A DNA stretch of 64,000 bases, from contig JBMNTA010000001.1 in the NCBI GenBank assembly GCA_050945495.1, positions 61,075 to 125,074 of the forward strand. Direction: 5' to 3'. Positions 46,980-55,594 of this stretch are shown here, piece after piece. The notes under the pieces were generated by a model that searched no databases, had not been told where the DNA came from, and saw nothing but the letters and a program-made list of their open reading frames with translations. This DNA is from Saccharofermentanales bacterium (GTDB lineage: Bacteria; Bacillota; Clostridia; Saccharofermentanales; DTU023). Position numbers and translations under genes: made by a program. Position 1 is the stretch's first letter; the number at the start of each line of letters is the position of its first letter.

Positions 46980-48338
46980 TCAGATATCCAACAGAGCGCC
47001 GACCTTGGCGCGGAGCGCGCATTCGATGCGCTTTCGGAAGAGTTCGCAACTCGTCTCGTCGACGCTGTCGAGGCGCCCGTGGACATGGAATGCATTGGCG
47101 GCACACCCGCCGGAGCAGTAATACTTGGCCCAGCAGTCGTGACAGTCGTCCAACGAGAAAATGTTGCGTTTCGAAAATTGTTCGACGATGTCATCCCGCT
47201 CGAGCCCGGTCCACACATTGCCCATCTTGAATTCGGGGTGTTCCACCAATTGGTGGCACGGATAGATATCGCCGTTCGGGGTGACGGCGAGGTATTCGGT
47301 GCCGGATCCGCAGCCGGCCACCCGCTTGTAGATGCAGGGTCCGCCTTCCAAATTGATCATGAAATGATAGAAACGGAACGGGTGCCCCTCGCGCTCGGCC
47401 CGCACAATCTCACGGGCCAGTCGTTCATACCCCGTTTTGACGGCGGCGACGTCTTCGTCGGTTAAGGCATACGGCGAATCGGGCGCACAGACCACCGGCT
47501 CCATGCTGATCTCATCGAATCCGAGATCGTGGATATGGAGGATGTCTTCGACAAAGTCGGGGTTGGCATGCGTGAACGTGCCGCGCATGTAATACGTCCC
47601 GCGGTGACGGTTCTGTACGAGCTTTTGAAACTTCGGCACGATTTCGTCGTACGATCCGCGACCGGACAGATGCGTTCGGAAGCGGTCGTGAACCTCCGGC
47701 CGTCCGTCGAGGCTCAGGACGACGTTGTCCATTTCCCGATTGGCAAACGCAATGACATCGTCGTCGATCAGGACCCCGTTCGTCGTGAGCGTGAAGCGAA
47801 ACACTTTATCGTGGTCTTTTTCTTGCCGACGCGCATAGGCGACGGTGGCTTTCACCATGGGCCAATTGAGCAGCGGTTCACCGCCGAAAAAATCGACTTC
47901 GAGATGTTTCCGATCGCCGGAATGCTCGATCAGGAAGTCAATGGCGCGTTGCCCCGTCGCAAGCGACATCAGGGCCTGATCGCCTTTGTACGTGCCCTGC
48001 GCGGCAAAGCAATATTCACAGTTGAGGTTGCACGTGTGCGCGACGTTGAGGCAGAGCGCCTTGATGACGTCGCCTTGGGCCAGCTTGGATTGGGCCAGAG
48101 GACGAAAATCATGCTCGGAAAACAATTGCCCGGCATCGATCAGGGCGTTGACTTCATCCAAGGCGTCGCGGACGTCCGCTTCGGGATACGATCGGGTGAG
48201 CTCGTCCACGATCGCCCGGTCGGACATCGTCGTTTTGCGCGCGACGATCGCGTCGATGAGTTCGTCAACGACGTGAATGCATCCGCTGTCGACGTCCAGA
48301 ACAAAACGGACGCCGTCGAGTTCAAATCGGTGAATCAT
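46980..48338 (-). CDS. scfB: SCIFF peptide radical SAM/SPASM maturase (thioether cross-link forming)
   Basis: 452 aa from ATG 48338 (MIHRFELDGVRFVLDVDSGCIHVVDE). Radical SAM CNLNCEYC. C-terminal SPASM cysteines CGSG...YPCH...CHDCWAKYYCSGGCAANA. Immediately downstream of a SCIFF precursor. Confidence 0.9.
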   Translation of the reverse strand: MIHRFELDGVRFVLDVDSGCIHVVDELIDAIVARKTTMSDRAIVDELTRSYPEADVRDALDEVNALIDAGQLFSEHDFRPLAQSKLAQGDVIKALCLNVAHTCNLNCEYCFAAQGTYKGDQALMSLATGQRAIDFLIEHSGDRKHLEVDFFGGEPLLNWPMVKATVAYARRQEKDHDKVFRFTLTTNGVLIDDDVIAFANREMDNVVLSLDGRPEVHDRFRTHLSGRGSYDEIVPKFQKLVQNRHRGTYYMRGTFTHANPDFVEDILHIHDLGFDEISMEPVVCAPDSPYALTDEDVAAVKTGYERLAREIVRAEREGHPFRFYHFMINLEGGPCIYKRVAGCGSGTEYLAVTPNGDIYPCHQLVEHPEFKMGNVWTGLERDDIVEQFSKRNIFSLDDCHDCWAKYYCSGGCAANAFHVHGRLDSVDETSCELFRKRIECALRAKVGALLDI

Positions 48339-48351
48339 GGGCACAAAGAGA

Positions 48352-48373
48352 GAGGGACCGCAGAGGGTCCCTC
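48352..48373 (-). promoter_or_regulatory. Stem-loop between scfA and scfB (candidate partial terminator or processing site)
   Basis: Minus strand GAGGGACC-CUCUGC-GGUCCCUC followed by UCUCUUUGU, 10 nt before the scfB ATG. Confidence 0.55.
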
Positions 48374-48396
48374 CCATCGGTTGTCACACGTGGTCG

Positions 48397-48552
48397 TTAC
48401 GCGTCTTTGCGTTCGCACGCTTGGTTCACGACGCCACACGACGTCTTACACGCCGATTGGCACGAGGTTTGGCATTCGCCGCAGCCGTCATGCTCGATGT
48501 GATCGGTGAAATCACGCGTGGAAAGCGTAACAATGCGTTTTGATTTTTTCAT
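48397..48552 (-). CDS. scfA: Six-cysteine peptide SCIFF (ranthipeptide precursor)
   Basis: 51 aa: MKKSKRIVTLSTRDFTDHIEHDGCGECQTSCQSACKTSCGVVNQACERKDA. It carries the canonical GGCGECQTSCQSACKTSC core with six Cys. AAAGGG RBS. The tracked 70-aa ORF is over-extended. Confidence 0.92.
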   Translation of the reverse strand: MKKSKRIVTLSTRDFTDHIEHDGCGECQTSCQSACKTSCGVVNQACERKDA

Positions 48553-48586
48553 GGTCAAGACCCTTTCTTCATTCAAATACATGTCC

Positions 48587-48595
48587 ATCATACCA
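48587..48595 (-). promoter_or_regulatory. Extended -10 promoter element (TGGTATGAT) upstream of scfA
   Basis: Minus strand GGGGTGGTATGATGGAC, about 35 nt upstream of the scfA ATG. Confidence 0.5.
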
Positions 48596-48630
48596 CCCCG
48601 GCGGGCCATTGCGCGACCCGCGGGCGACCC

Positions 48631-49929
48631 TTATTTGCCGGAAATGACGATGCCGTCCAGGGCAACCCACGGCACGATGCCGGAGCCGTCGTTCACGGTC
48701 TCCTTCGAAATGGCGCGAATGTTCATCAGGGCGTCGGCGAAGTTGCCGGCGATCATCGTCTCGGAGAGCGCCTCCTTGACCTCACCGTTTTCGATGAGGA
48801 ACGCGTTTTTCGCCACCCCGGAAAAATCGCCGTTGCTGCTCGGCATGCCGCCGGAGAAACGAGCGATCAGGAGCCCGCGATCGATGCCTTGAATGATCGC
48901 TTCGACCGAGGTGTCGCCCGGTTCAACGACCACGTTGAACGACATGTTTTTCGCGCGTTCGTATCCCGTCTTGCGCGCGGCGTGATCGGAGATCGTGAAG
49001 CTCTTGAGCACGCCGTGTTCGATCGGGCTGAAATCTTCGGAAAGATAGCCTTCTTGCGAGTATCGATCCCCCAAGATGATGTCCGGATGATGCGGCGCGA
49101 GCGAGATCGTGAGCCGCGGATCGGCGACGCGTTCGCCGAGTCGATCGAGCCAAAGGCTCGTTTTGTTGAGGATCGATCCGTCCGCCGTGAAGAGGTCCAA
49201 GGCACTGCCGATGAAACCGCGCACGCAATCGGGCGTCATGAGTACCGTGCCTTCGAACTTGCCCGTCACGTGGTCGGTATGCACCTGATCCGAGACGAGC
49301 GCGAAGTCTTCGGCGATGGAGCCCAGTTCGATGAACGGCGTGTCCAACGAGGTAAAGAGCACGCCGTTGCCGAAAAAGGACGAGGCTTTGTCACTCTCCT
49401 GGGCATTGAACATGGTGCTGATCTCATAGGCGCCGCGTTGGGCCTTCAGGATGCTGCCGGTCGAAAACACGGCGGCGCTTTCTTTCACCGTGTGCGTGAC
49501 GATGACTTGCTCCAGATGGATCTTCGGGAATTGCGTCTTCACGTCGTCGAGGAAGCCTTCGAAGCGCTCGATGAGCTTCGCTTCGTCGCACGTGAGCGCA
49601 CCTTCCACGAAGGTATGCTCACCGACCGACGGCGCCAATTGCCACGCCTCGTCGGGATCGGCGGCTTCGGCCGATTGCAAACATTGGCGCGCGCCGTCAC
49701 GAATGGCATCTTCGGTGACGTTGTTCTGACTCAAGACGCCGCGACGTCCGTCGGCGATAGCCTGAAAACTCACATGGTCTTCGTACAGCGTCCGGTAGAG
49801 GGTGAAGTCGCCTTGTTCCACGTTGATTTCGCGAACGACGGTGCGTGAAACGGCGCACGAGGCCTGATCGGCACCCCCCGCCTTCAACGCATCCAATCCG
49901 AGGTTCGCTTTTTTGATCAATTGTTCCAT
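48631..49929 (-). CDS. pmbA: PmbA/TldE family protein (TldD partner)
   Basis: 432 aa. TldD/PmbA fold pattern without an HExxxH motif. C-terminal GGMPSSNGDFSGVAKNAFLIENGE. Directly downstream of tldD. Confidence 0.82.
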   Translation of the reverse strand: MEQLIKKANLGLDALKAGGADQASCAVSRTVVREINVEQGDFTLYRTLYEDHVSFQAIADGRRGVLSQNNVTEDAIRDGARQCLQSAEAADPDEAWQLAPSVGEHTFVEGALTCDEAKLIERFEGFLDDVKTQFPKIHLEQVIVTHTVKESAAVFSTGSILKAQRGAYEISTMFNAQESDKASSFFGNGVLFTSLDTPFIELGSIAEDFALVSDQVHTDHVTGKFEGTVLMTPDCVRGFIGSALDLFTADGSILNKTSLWLDRLGERVADPRLTISLAPHHPDIILGDRYSQEGYLSEDFSPIEHGVLKSFTISDHAARKTGYERAKNMSFNVVVEPGDTSVEAIIQGIDRGLLIARFSGGMPSSNGDFSGVAKNAFLIENGEVKEALSETMIAGNFADALMNIRAISKETVNDGSGIVPWVALDGIVISGK

Positions 49930-49944
49930 TGCGCAGCTCCTCTC

Positions 49945-51330
49945 TTACCTTCCGCCAACCGTCAGTTGACAGCGCACCGCGGGGCCGCCGAGCCCCACGG
50001 GCATGATTTGTTTTTTGCCGCAGAAGCCGGAACTCGCCCATTCGACGTCCGCCGACAACATGTCAACCGTCTTCAGCATATCGAAGGCGACGCCGGAGAT
50101 GGTCGTGTCGAAGACGGCCCGACCGAGTTTGCCGTTTTTGATTTCGTAGCCGACCGTGACGCCGAACATGAACTCGCCCGTCGTGTCGGCCTGGCCGTTG
50201 TTGGTGTCCATGAAGTAATAACCGTCGTCGATGGAGGCGATCATGTCCTCGATCGTGTCGTTGCCGGGGAGGATCGCGGTGTTGCGCATGCGGATCAACG
50301 GCTCGTCGGAAAAGAGCCAGGCGCGGGCGTTACCCTGCGGTCGGGTGCCGAAATGTTCGGCCGACTCCCGATTGTGCATGTAGCCTTTGAGCAAGCCGTC
50401 TTCAATCAAGACGGCGTCTTCGGCGACGACGCCTTCATCGTCCACGTAGACCGGCAGCGGCGCCGGCTTACCGAAGGCGGTGTGCGCATAGTCGACGAGG
50501 CTCACCATCTCGGAGGCGACCGGTTGGTCCATGAGATGCTGGGCGACGGAGCCCCCGAGCACCAAGTCGGCTTCGACCGTGTGACCGACGGCTTCGTGCG
50601 CGAGCATGCCGGCCAAGGTGCCGGACAAGATCACGGTCTTGAGCCCGGCTTCCGTGTAGACGGCCTCCCGCTTCTTCATCAAATGTTCGTATGTTTGATC
50701 CACCGCGGCGTGCGCGGCCTCGAGGTCCGTGAAGTTCTCGTCGAGTGTGCCGTATCCGCCGATGGGTCGGAAGACCTCGACCGGCGTCCCCTCCTTCGAC
50801 ATGGCCGTCAAGACGACGTAGATGTAGCTTCGTGGGATCACGACGTGCGCGTCGTATCCGTCGGAGGTCGCGATGACCTTTTCGACCGTATCGGACGTGG
50901 CCAGCACCACGCGGCTGATGAGCTCCGGACAGTGCTCCGTGATGTAGCGATCCACGGCGCGGCACGTTTCCACGTAAACGCGCTGTTCGACATCGTGGAA
51001 CGATTCGATCAGAGGACGCATTCCCGTCCCGGGCGCGGGCAACGGCGGTTGTTTCGACCGCGCATGGTTCGAAAGCACGGTGGCGTTCGACGTCGCTTCT
51101 TGCAAAACGCGTTCAATCGACGCGTCGGAAAAATCACCGATGGACGCAAAGCCGTACACGCCGTTGCGGCGTACGCGGGCGCTCACGCCGGCATGGTCCG
51201 TGCGCGTGTTGGCGGTCAACTCCCCGTTCAGCAGCGTGACGCGGCGCATGGCGTTGTGCTGGGCGCGCAACTCCGATTCGGCCCCCTCGGCGAAGTGCCG
51301 TTTGTGTTCAAAAATCGTTTCTTTTAACAT
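49945..51330 (-). CDS. tldD: TldD family metalloprotease
   Basis: 461 aa from ATG 51330 (MLKETIFEHKRHF...). AAAGGAG RBS. Zinc motif HEAVGHTVEAD. GNARA... and FMFGV blocks. Confidence 0.85.
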   Translation of the reverse strand: MLKETIFEHKRHFAEGAESELRAQHNAMRRVTLLNGELTANTRTDHAGVSARVRRNGVYGFASIGDFSDASIERVLQEATSNATVLSNHARSKQPPLPAPGTGMRPLIESFHDVEQRVYVETCRAVDRYITEHCPELISRVVLATSDTVEKVIATSDGYDAHVVIPRSYIYVVLTAMSKEGTPVEVFRPIGGYGTLDENFTDLEAAHAAVDQTYEHLMKKREAVYTEAGLKTVILSGTLAGMLAHEAVGHTVEADLVLGGSVAQHLMDQPVASEMVSLVDYAHTAFGKPAPLPVYVDDEGVVAEDAVLIEDGLLKGYMHNRESAEHFGTRPQGNARAWLFSDEPLIRMRNTAILPGNDTIEDMIASIDDGYYFMDTNNGQADTTGEFMFGVTVGYEIKNGKLGRAVFDTTISGVAFDMLKTVDMLSADVEWASSGFCGKKQIMPVGLGGPAVRCQLTVGGR

Positions 51331-51509
51331 GGCGCTCCTTTCCGTCTCTCCCACGAAAGACTCGCCGAACAGTATATCATGTTCGCGCGCGCGTTACTGA
51401 TTAAACAATTGGTTGACATGGTTTGTGCCCTGTCATTATCATGGGGACACGTCGGATCGTTCGACCCGTCCCCCACGGTTTCGCAACGGTCATCAAAGGA
51501 GATCATCGA

Positions 51510-52667
51510 ATGTCTAAACACACCATCCTCATCATTGGCAGCGGCATCGCGGGCGTATCCGCCGCGGAAGCTGCGCGCAAACAAAACGATGATTGCGAAA
51601 TCATCATGTTCACGGACGAGACGAACTTGCCGGTCCATCGGCCGAGTTTACCGCGTGTCGTCGTCCAACCCGACGACTTGAAACGCGTCTTTGTCCACGA
51701 TCAAGCGTGGTTCGACGAGCGTCGGATCGATGTGCGCTTGGACACGCCGGTCGCATCCGTCGACGCCGAAAAGAAAGTGATCCGACTCGAAGACGGCACG
51801 GAACATGCCTACGATAAATTAATCCTTGCGACCGGGAGCCGCAGTTTCGTGCCCCCAATCAAGGGCAGCGACATCGAAGGCGTCTTCACCCTCTGGACAT
51901 TCGAGGATGCGATGGCCATTTCCGATTACGCCAAAAAGGCCTCCTCCGCGGTCGTCATCGGCGGCGGACTGTTGGGCTTGGAAATCGCCCATGCGCTCAG
52001 TCAACGCAAATTGCACACCACCATTTTGGAGCGCGGCGACGCGTTGCTGAGCCGTCAATTGGATGAGCGCTCGAGCGCCATGTTCCTCGAACAGGTCGAA
52101 CGCGTCGGCGTTGAGGTCATGTTCAACGCCAACACAGAAGAAATCCTCGCCGACGAGGCGGGCAAGGTGAAGGGGCTACGACTCGACGACGGCCGCGTCA
52201 TCGACTGCGACCTCGTGATGATTTCGACCGGCGTCCGCGCCCGCGTCGAAGTCATGGAGGACGAACCGATCGAGATTGATCGCCGCTTTGTCGTCAACGA
52301 ACGGTTGGAGACGAATTTGCCCGATATCTATGCGGCCGGTGACTGCGCCGTGATGAACGGCCAGTGGTACGGCTTGTGGTCCGTTTCGACGCGCGAAGGC
52401 CGCGTCGCGGGCGCCAATGCCGCCGGCGGCGATGAGACGTGCGTCATTCCGCCGCCGCCCTACATCGTCAACACGATGGAGACGCGCATTGCGTCGGCGG
52501 GCGATGTCTCGCCGGACGACCCCGAGGTCTCGTCGCGCATTCACTTCGACGAAGCGCAGCTGACCTACGACCGCCGCAATTTCCTCGGCGATCAATTGAA
52601 GGGGTACATCTTGCTCGGCGACACGACCCCGTTCTCCATGTTGAGCCGCGAATTGCAACAGGGCTAA
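51510..52667 (+). CDS. NAD(P)/FAD-dependent oxidoreductase (rubredoxin-reductase/NROR-like)
   Basis: 385 aa from ATG 51510 (MSKHTILIIGSGIAGVSAAEAARK). Second fold AVVIGGGLLGLEIA. AAGDCA motif. AAAGGAG RBS. Confidence 0.82.
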   Translation: MSKHTILIIGSGIAGVSAAEAARKQNDDCEIIMFTDETNLPVHRPSLPRVVVQPDDLKRVFVHDQAWFDERRIDVRLDTPVASVDAEKKVIRLEDGTEHAYDKLILATGSRSFVPPIKGSDIEGVFTLWTFEDAMAISDYAKKASSAVVIGGGLLGLEIAHALSQRKLHTTILERGDALLSRQLDERSSAMFLEQVERVGVEVMFNANTEEILADEAGKVKGLRLDDGRVIDCDLVMISTGVRARVEVMEDEPIEIDRRFVVNERLETNLPDIYAAGDCAVMNGQWYGLWSVSTREGRVAGANAAGGDETCVIPPPPYIVNTMETRIASAGDVSPDDPEVSSRIHFDEAQLTYDRRNFLGDQLKGYILLGDTTPFSMLSRELQQG

Positions 52668-52686
52668 AACGCACCCCTGACATCTC

Positions 52687-53346
52687 GTGCTTCCGATTCG
52701 CGACAGCCAACCGAGCCGACGGTTTCCGTTCGTCACGATCGTTTTGATCGTGGTGAACGTCTTGGTGTTTCTGCATCAGGTACGACTGCCCGCGCTGGCC
52801 TTGATGGCGTTTTATGAAAAGTACGCCTTCACGCCGGCCGGGCTGAGCGCATCCATCGAAGCGGGCCGCTTTTATCCCCCGGTCCTCACAAGCATGTTCT
52901 TGCATGGCGACTGGGGGCACCTTTTGGGCAACATGTGGAGCCTTTGGCTCTTCGGCGACAATGTCGAAGATTACCTGCGCCCGTTCCGATTCATTTTGTT
53001 TTATCTTTTGACGGGGCTGGCCGCCATCGCGGCCCACACGCTCGCATACCCCGGGAGCACGACCGTCACGCTCGGCGCCTCCGGCGCGATTGCGGGGGTG
53101 ATGGGCGCGTACCTGGTGCTGTATCCGCACGCGCGCATTCGAACCTTGATCCCCGTCCTCCCCTACATCATCGATGTCCCGGCGTTCGTGTACCTGATCA
53201 TCTGGTTTGTCCTGCAAGTCATCGGCGTCGCCTCGCGTCAAGCGGCCGGCATCGCTTGGTGGGCGCACATTGCGGGCTTTGCGGTGGGGCTGCTCTTGTG
53301 CGTCCGCGGACGCAACCGCCATCGCAGGCGCGCATCCCGCGCCTGA
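52687..53346 (+). CDS. Rhomboid family intramembrane serine protease
   Basis: 219 aa with a GTG start. FLHGDWGHLLGNM, GASGAIAGVMGAY (catalytic Ser) and AHIAGFAVG (catalytic His). Confidence 0.88.
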   Translation: MLPIRDSQPSRRFPFVTIVLIVVNVLVFLHQVRLPALALMAFYEKYAFTPAGLSASIEAGRFYPPVLTSMFLHGDWGHLLGNMWSLWLFGDNVEDYLRPFRFILFYLLTGLAAIAAHTLAYPGSTTVTLGASGAIAGVMGAYLVLYPHARIRTLIPVLPYIIDVPAFVYLIIWFVLQVIGVASRQAAGIAWWAHIAGFAVGLLLCVRGRNRHRRRASRA

Positions 53347-53442
53347 GCCACCCCGCACCCCGCGCGAACGTGTTGCCATAGAGGCATAAATCGGTGTGGG
53401 TGCCCATGCCCCACCCAACGATGATCGAAAGGGACAAAAAGC

Positions 53443-53847
53443 ATGACGAAATTAGACGTGATTGAAGGCATCGGCGATGCCTATGCCGGCCAACTTGCGG
53501 CCGCAGGCATTGCATCGGTGGAAGCATTGCTCGAAGCCTGCAAAACGAAAAAAGGCAGAGTCGAGCTCGCGGAGAAAGCGGACATTTCCGAAAAATTGAT
53601 CCTTCGCTGGGCGAACCACGCGGACCTCTTCCGCATCAAAGGCGTCGCCGGCGAATATGCGGAGCTCTTGGAAGCCGCGGGCGTGGACACGGTCCCCGAA
53701 CTCGCGCAACGCAATGCCGCCAACCTCGCGAAAAAAATGGAAGAAGTGAACCTCGAGAAAAAACTCGTCCGTAAACTTCCGACCGAGAAACAAGTGACCG
53801 ATTGGGTGGAGCAGGCGAAGGCGCTGCCCCGCGTGCTCGAATACTAA
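53443..53847 (+). CDS. DUF4332 domain protein (helix-hairpin-helix repeats)
   Basis: 134 aa. LDVIEGIGDAYAGQLAAAGI and LFRIKGVAGEYAELLEAAGV repeats. Confidence 0.75.
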   Translation: MTKLDVIEGIGDAYAGQLAAAGIASVEALLEACKTKKGRVELAEKADISEKLILRWANHADLFRIKGVAGEYAELLEAAGVDTVPELAQRNAANLAKKMEEVNLEKKLVRKLPTEKQVTDWVEQAKALPRVLEY

Positions 53848-53893
53848 TCCCCAGACGCCCCTTCCGGGCGACGCAACCGAAAGGAAACCATCC

Positions 53894-54118
53894 ATGGATA
53901 TCAAAAAAATGATTGACGATCTCGTACAAAAGATCAAAGGTGATCAAGGATTCGCGGATCAATTCAAAAAAGATCCGATTAAAGCCGTCGAAAAGACGAT
54001 CGGCGTGGATCTGCCGGACGAACAAATCAAATCCGTCGTGGACGGTGTCAAGGCCAAATTGAAGCTCGACGACGCCGGCGACGTGGTGGGAAAAGTCAAA
54101 GGCATCTTCGGAAAATAA
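53894..54118 (+). CDS. Small hypothetical protein (74 aa, Lys/Asp-rich helical)
   Basis: GAAAGGA RBS. A strong terminator follows. No family recognised. Confidence 0.6.
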   Translation: MDIKKMIDDLVQKIKGDQGFADQFKKDPIKAVEKTIGVDLPDEQIKSVVDGVKAKLKLDDAGDVVGKVKGIFGK

Positions 54119-54142
54119 GACCCGAACCGCGCCTTTTTCAAA

Positions 54143-54177
54143 AACAGGCCGTCATCCGACGACCTGTTTTTTTATTT
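54143..54177 (+). terminator. Intrinsic terminator
   Basis: ACAGGCCGTC-atcc-GACGACCTGT followed by TTTTTTTATTT. Confidence 0.8.
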
Positions 54178-54262
54178 GGTGTAGAATGACAGATGGATTG
54201 TCCGAGGCGATCTCGCTGACGTCCGCTGACGAGCGGGGCGACCTCGCCCGAGACAAACGAAA

Positions 54263-54274
54263 TTATCGCGATAA
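54263..54274. promoter_or_regulatory. Perfect palindrome TTATCGCGATAA just upstream of the rubrerythrin RBS (candidate operator)
   Basis: Seen directly. It ends 1 nt before AAGGAGAG. Confidence 0.4.
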
Positions 54275-54289
54275 GGAGAGAACAAACCC

Positions 54290-54838
54290 ATGAAAAAAGA
54301 CCTCAAAGGCACCAAAACCGAAGCCAATTTGAAAGCCGCATTCGCCGGTGAATCGCAGGCGCACACGAAGTATCAATACTACGCGTCAAAAGCGAAAAAG
54401 GAAGGCTACGAACAAATCGCGGGCTTCTTCACCGAAACGTCCAACAACGAAAAGGAGCACGCCGAGCTGTGGTTCAAACTGCTGCACGACGATGAAATCC
54501 CCGGCACCGAAGCCAACCTGCTCGATGCCGCCGAAGGCGAAAATTACGAGTGGACCGACATGTACGCGACGTTTGCCAAAGAAGCCGAAGAAGAGGGCTT
54601 CAAAGAGATCGCGGCCCAATTCCGCGGCGTCGCCAAGATTGAAAAACATCACGAAGAGCGCTATCGCAAACTCTTGAAGAACATCGAAGAAGACATCGTG
54701 TTCGAACGTGAAGACGGCGAGACCGTTTGGATTTGCCGCAACTGCGGTCACATCCACGTCGGCAAAAAAGCGCCGAAAATTTGCCCCGTCTGCAAACACG
54801 ACCAAGCGTACTTCGAACTGCGCTGCGAAAACTATTAA
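54290..54838 (+). CDS. rbr: Rubrerythrin
   Basis: 182 aa. Di-iron four-helix motifs ([34 protein letters not shown]) plus a C-terminal rubredoxin-like CRNCGH...CPVCKH. Confidence 0.93.
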   Translation: MKKDLKGTKTEANLKAAFAGESQAHTKYQYYASKAKKEGYEQIAGFFTETSNNEKEHAELWFKLLHDDEIPGTEANLLDAAEGENYEWTDMYATFAKEAEEEGFKEIAAQFRGVAKIEKHHEERYRKLLKNIEEDIVFEREDGETVWICRNCGHIHVGKKAPKICPVCKHDQAYFELRCENY

Positions 54839-54847
54839 GCTCGAACG

Positions 54848-54884
54848 GAAAACCGTCCGGCCCGTGTCGGACGGTTTTCTTTTG
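54848..54884 (+). terminator. Intrinsic terminator after rbr
   Basis: GAAAACCGTCCG-gcccgtgt-CGGACGGTTTTC followed by TTTTG. Confidence 0.85.
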
Positions 54885-54955
54885 CTCTTTTTTACCGTCA
54901 CCGCCATGGACGCGCCGTCGATTGCGGCCGTCATGCCTTCATGAAGGAGCCTCAC

Positions 54956-55513
54956 ATGCGCAGAAAAGACCGTGAACGCGACCGCGCGTTCGCCCTTCAG
55001 GTCATGGATGACGCCGCCTTCGGCGTCTTGGGCCTGTTCGATCGGGCGACCGACGAACCGTACACGCTTCCCCTCTCGATCGTGCGCGACGGCGATGCGC
55101 TGTATTTTCACAGCGCACAGGCCGGACGCAAAGTCGACCTCATTGAGGACGGCATGACGGTCTCCGTGACCTTCGTCTCCCACCATCATGTGCCCGCGTG
55201 CCTCTCGCACGATGAAGTGCGCGATATGCTCGACGCCGGATCGGAACGCAAGGTCCTCAGCAAGGTCTTTACGACGGAATTTGCCTCGGCGCACGTCGTG
55301 GGCACCCTCCATCCGGTCACCGATGTCGCGGAAAAGAAACATGCGTTGCAGTTGGTCTGCGACAAATACACGCCCGACGTTGCCGATCTCGCAAAGACGG
55401 TCATCGAGCAAAGCCATACGTATACGGCCGTTTACCGGATCGACATGCGGTCGATTGCGGGAAAAGCGAAAACCGTGACGGCCGACGACATCGAACGCGT
55501 GCTCAAGGCTTAA
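54956..55513 (+). CDS. Pyridoxamine 5'-phosphate oxidase-like (NimA-type) flavoprotein
   Basis: 185 aa from ATG 54956 (MRRKDRERDRAFALQVMDDAAFGVLGL...YFHSAQAGRK). GAAGGAG RBS. Confidence 0.8.
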   Translation: MRRKDRERDRAFALQVMDDAAFGVLGLFDRATDEPYTLPLSIVRDGDALYFHSAQAGRKVDLIEDGMTVSVTFVSHHHVPACLSHDEVRDMLDAGSERKVLSKVFTTEFASAHVVGTLHPVTDVAEKKHALQLVCDKYTPDVADLAKTVIEQSHTYTAVYRIDMRSIAGKAKTVTADDIERVLKA

Positions 55514-55594
55514 CAAAAACCGAAACAAACGTTAACCGCGTTAGCGTATAATGGCCACGACCAACACCAAGGCAGAAAAGGAGTTTTGATACCG

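Noticed and set aside
46976-47218. 81-aa N-terminal extension of the thioredoxin-like ORF
   Set aside because: It overlaps the 3' end of scfB in another frame. The ATG at 46975, directly after the scfB stop, gives a normal-length Trx-fold protein.
51365-51384. GAACA-N8-TGTTC inverted repeat in the tldD promoter, considered as a LexA (Cheo) box
   Set aside because: The Firmicute LexA box is GAAC-N4-GTTC, and here the spacing is N10. The repeat overlaps a TGATATACT -10 and may be incidental.
54386-55528. 380-aa minus-strand ORF
   Set aside because: Antisense to rubrerythrin and the PNPOx-like gene, and it spans a strong plus-strand terminator. No motifs.
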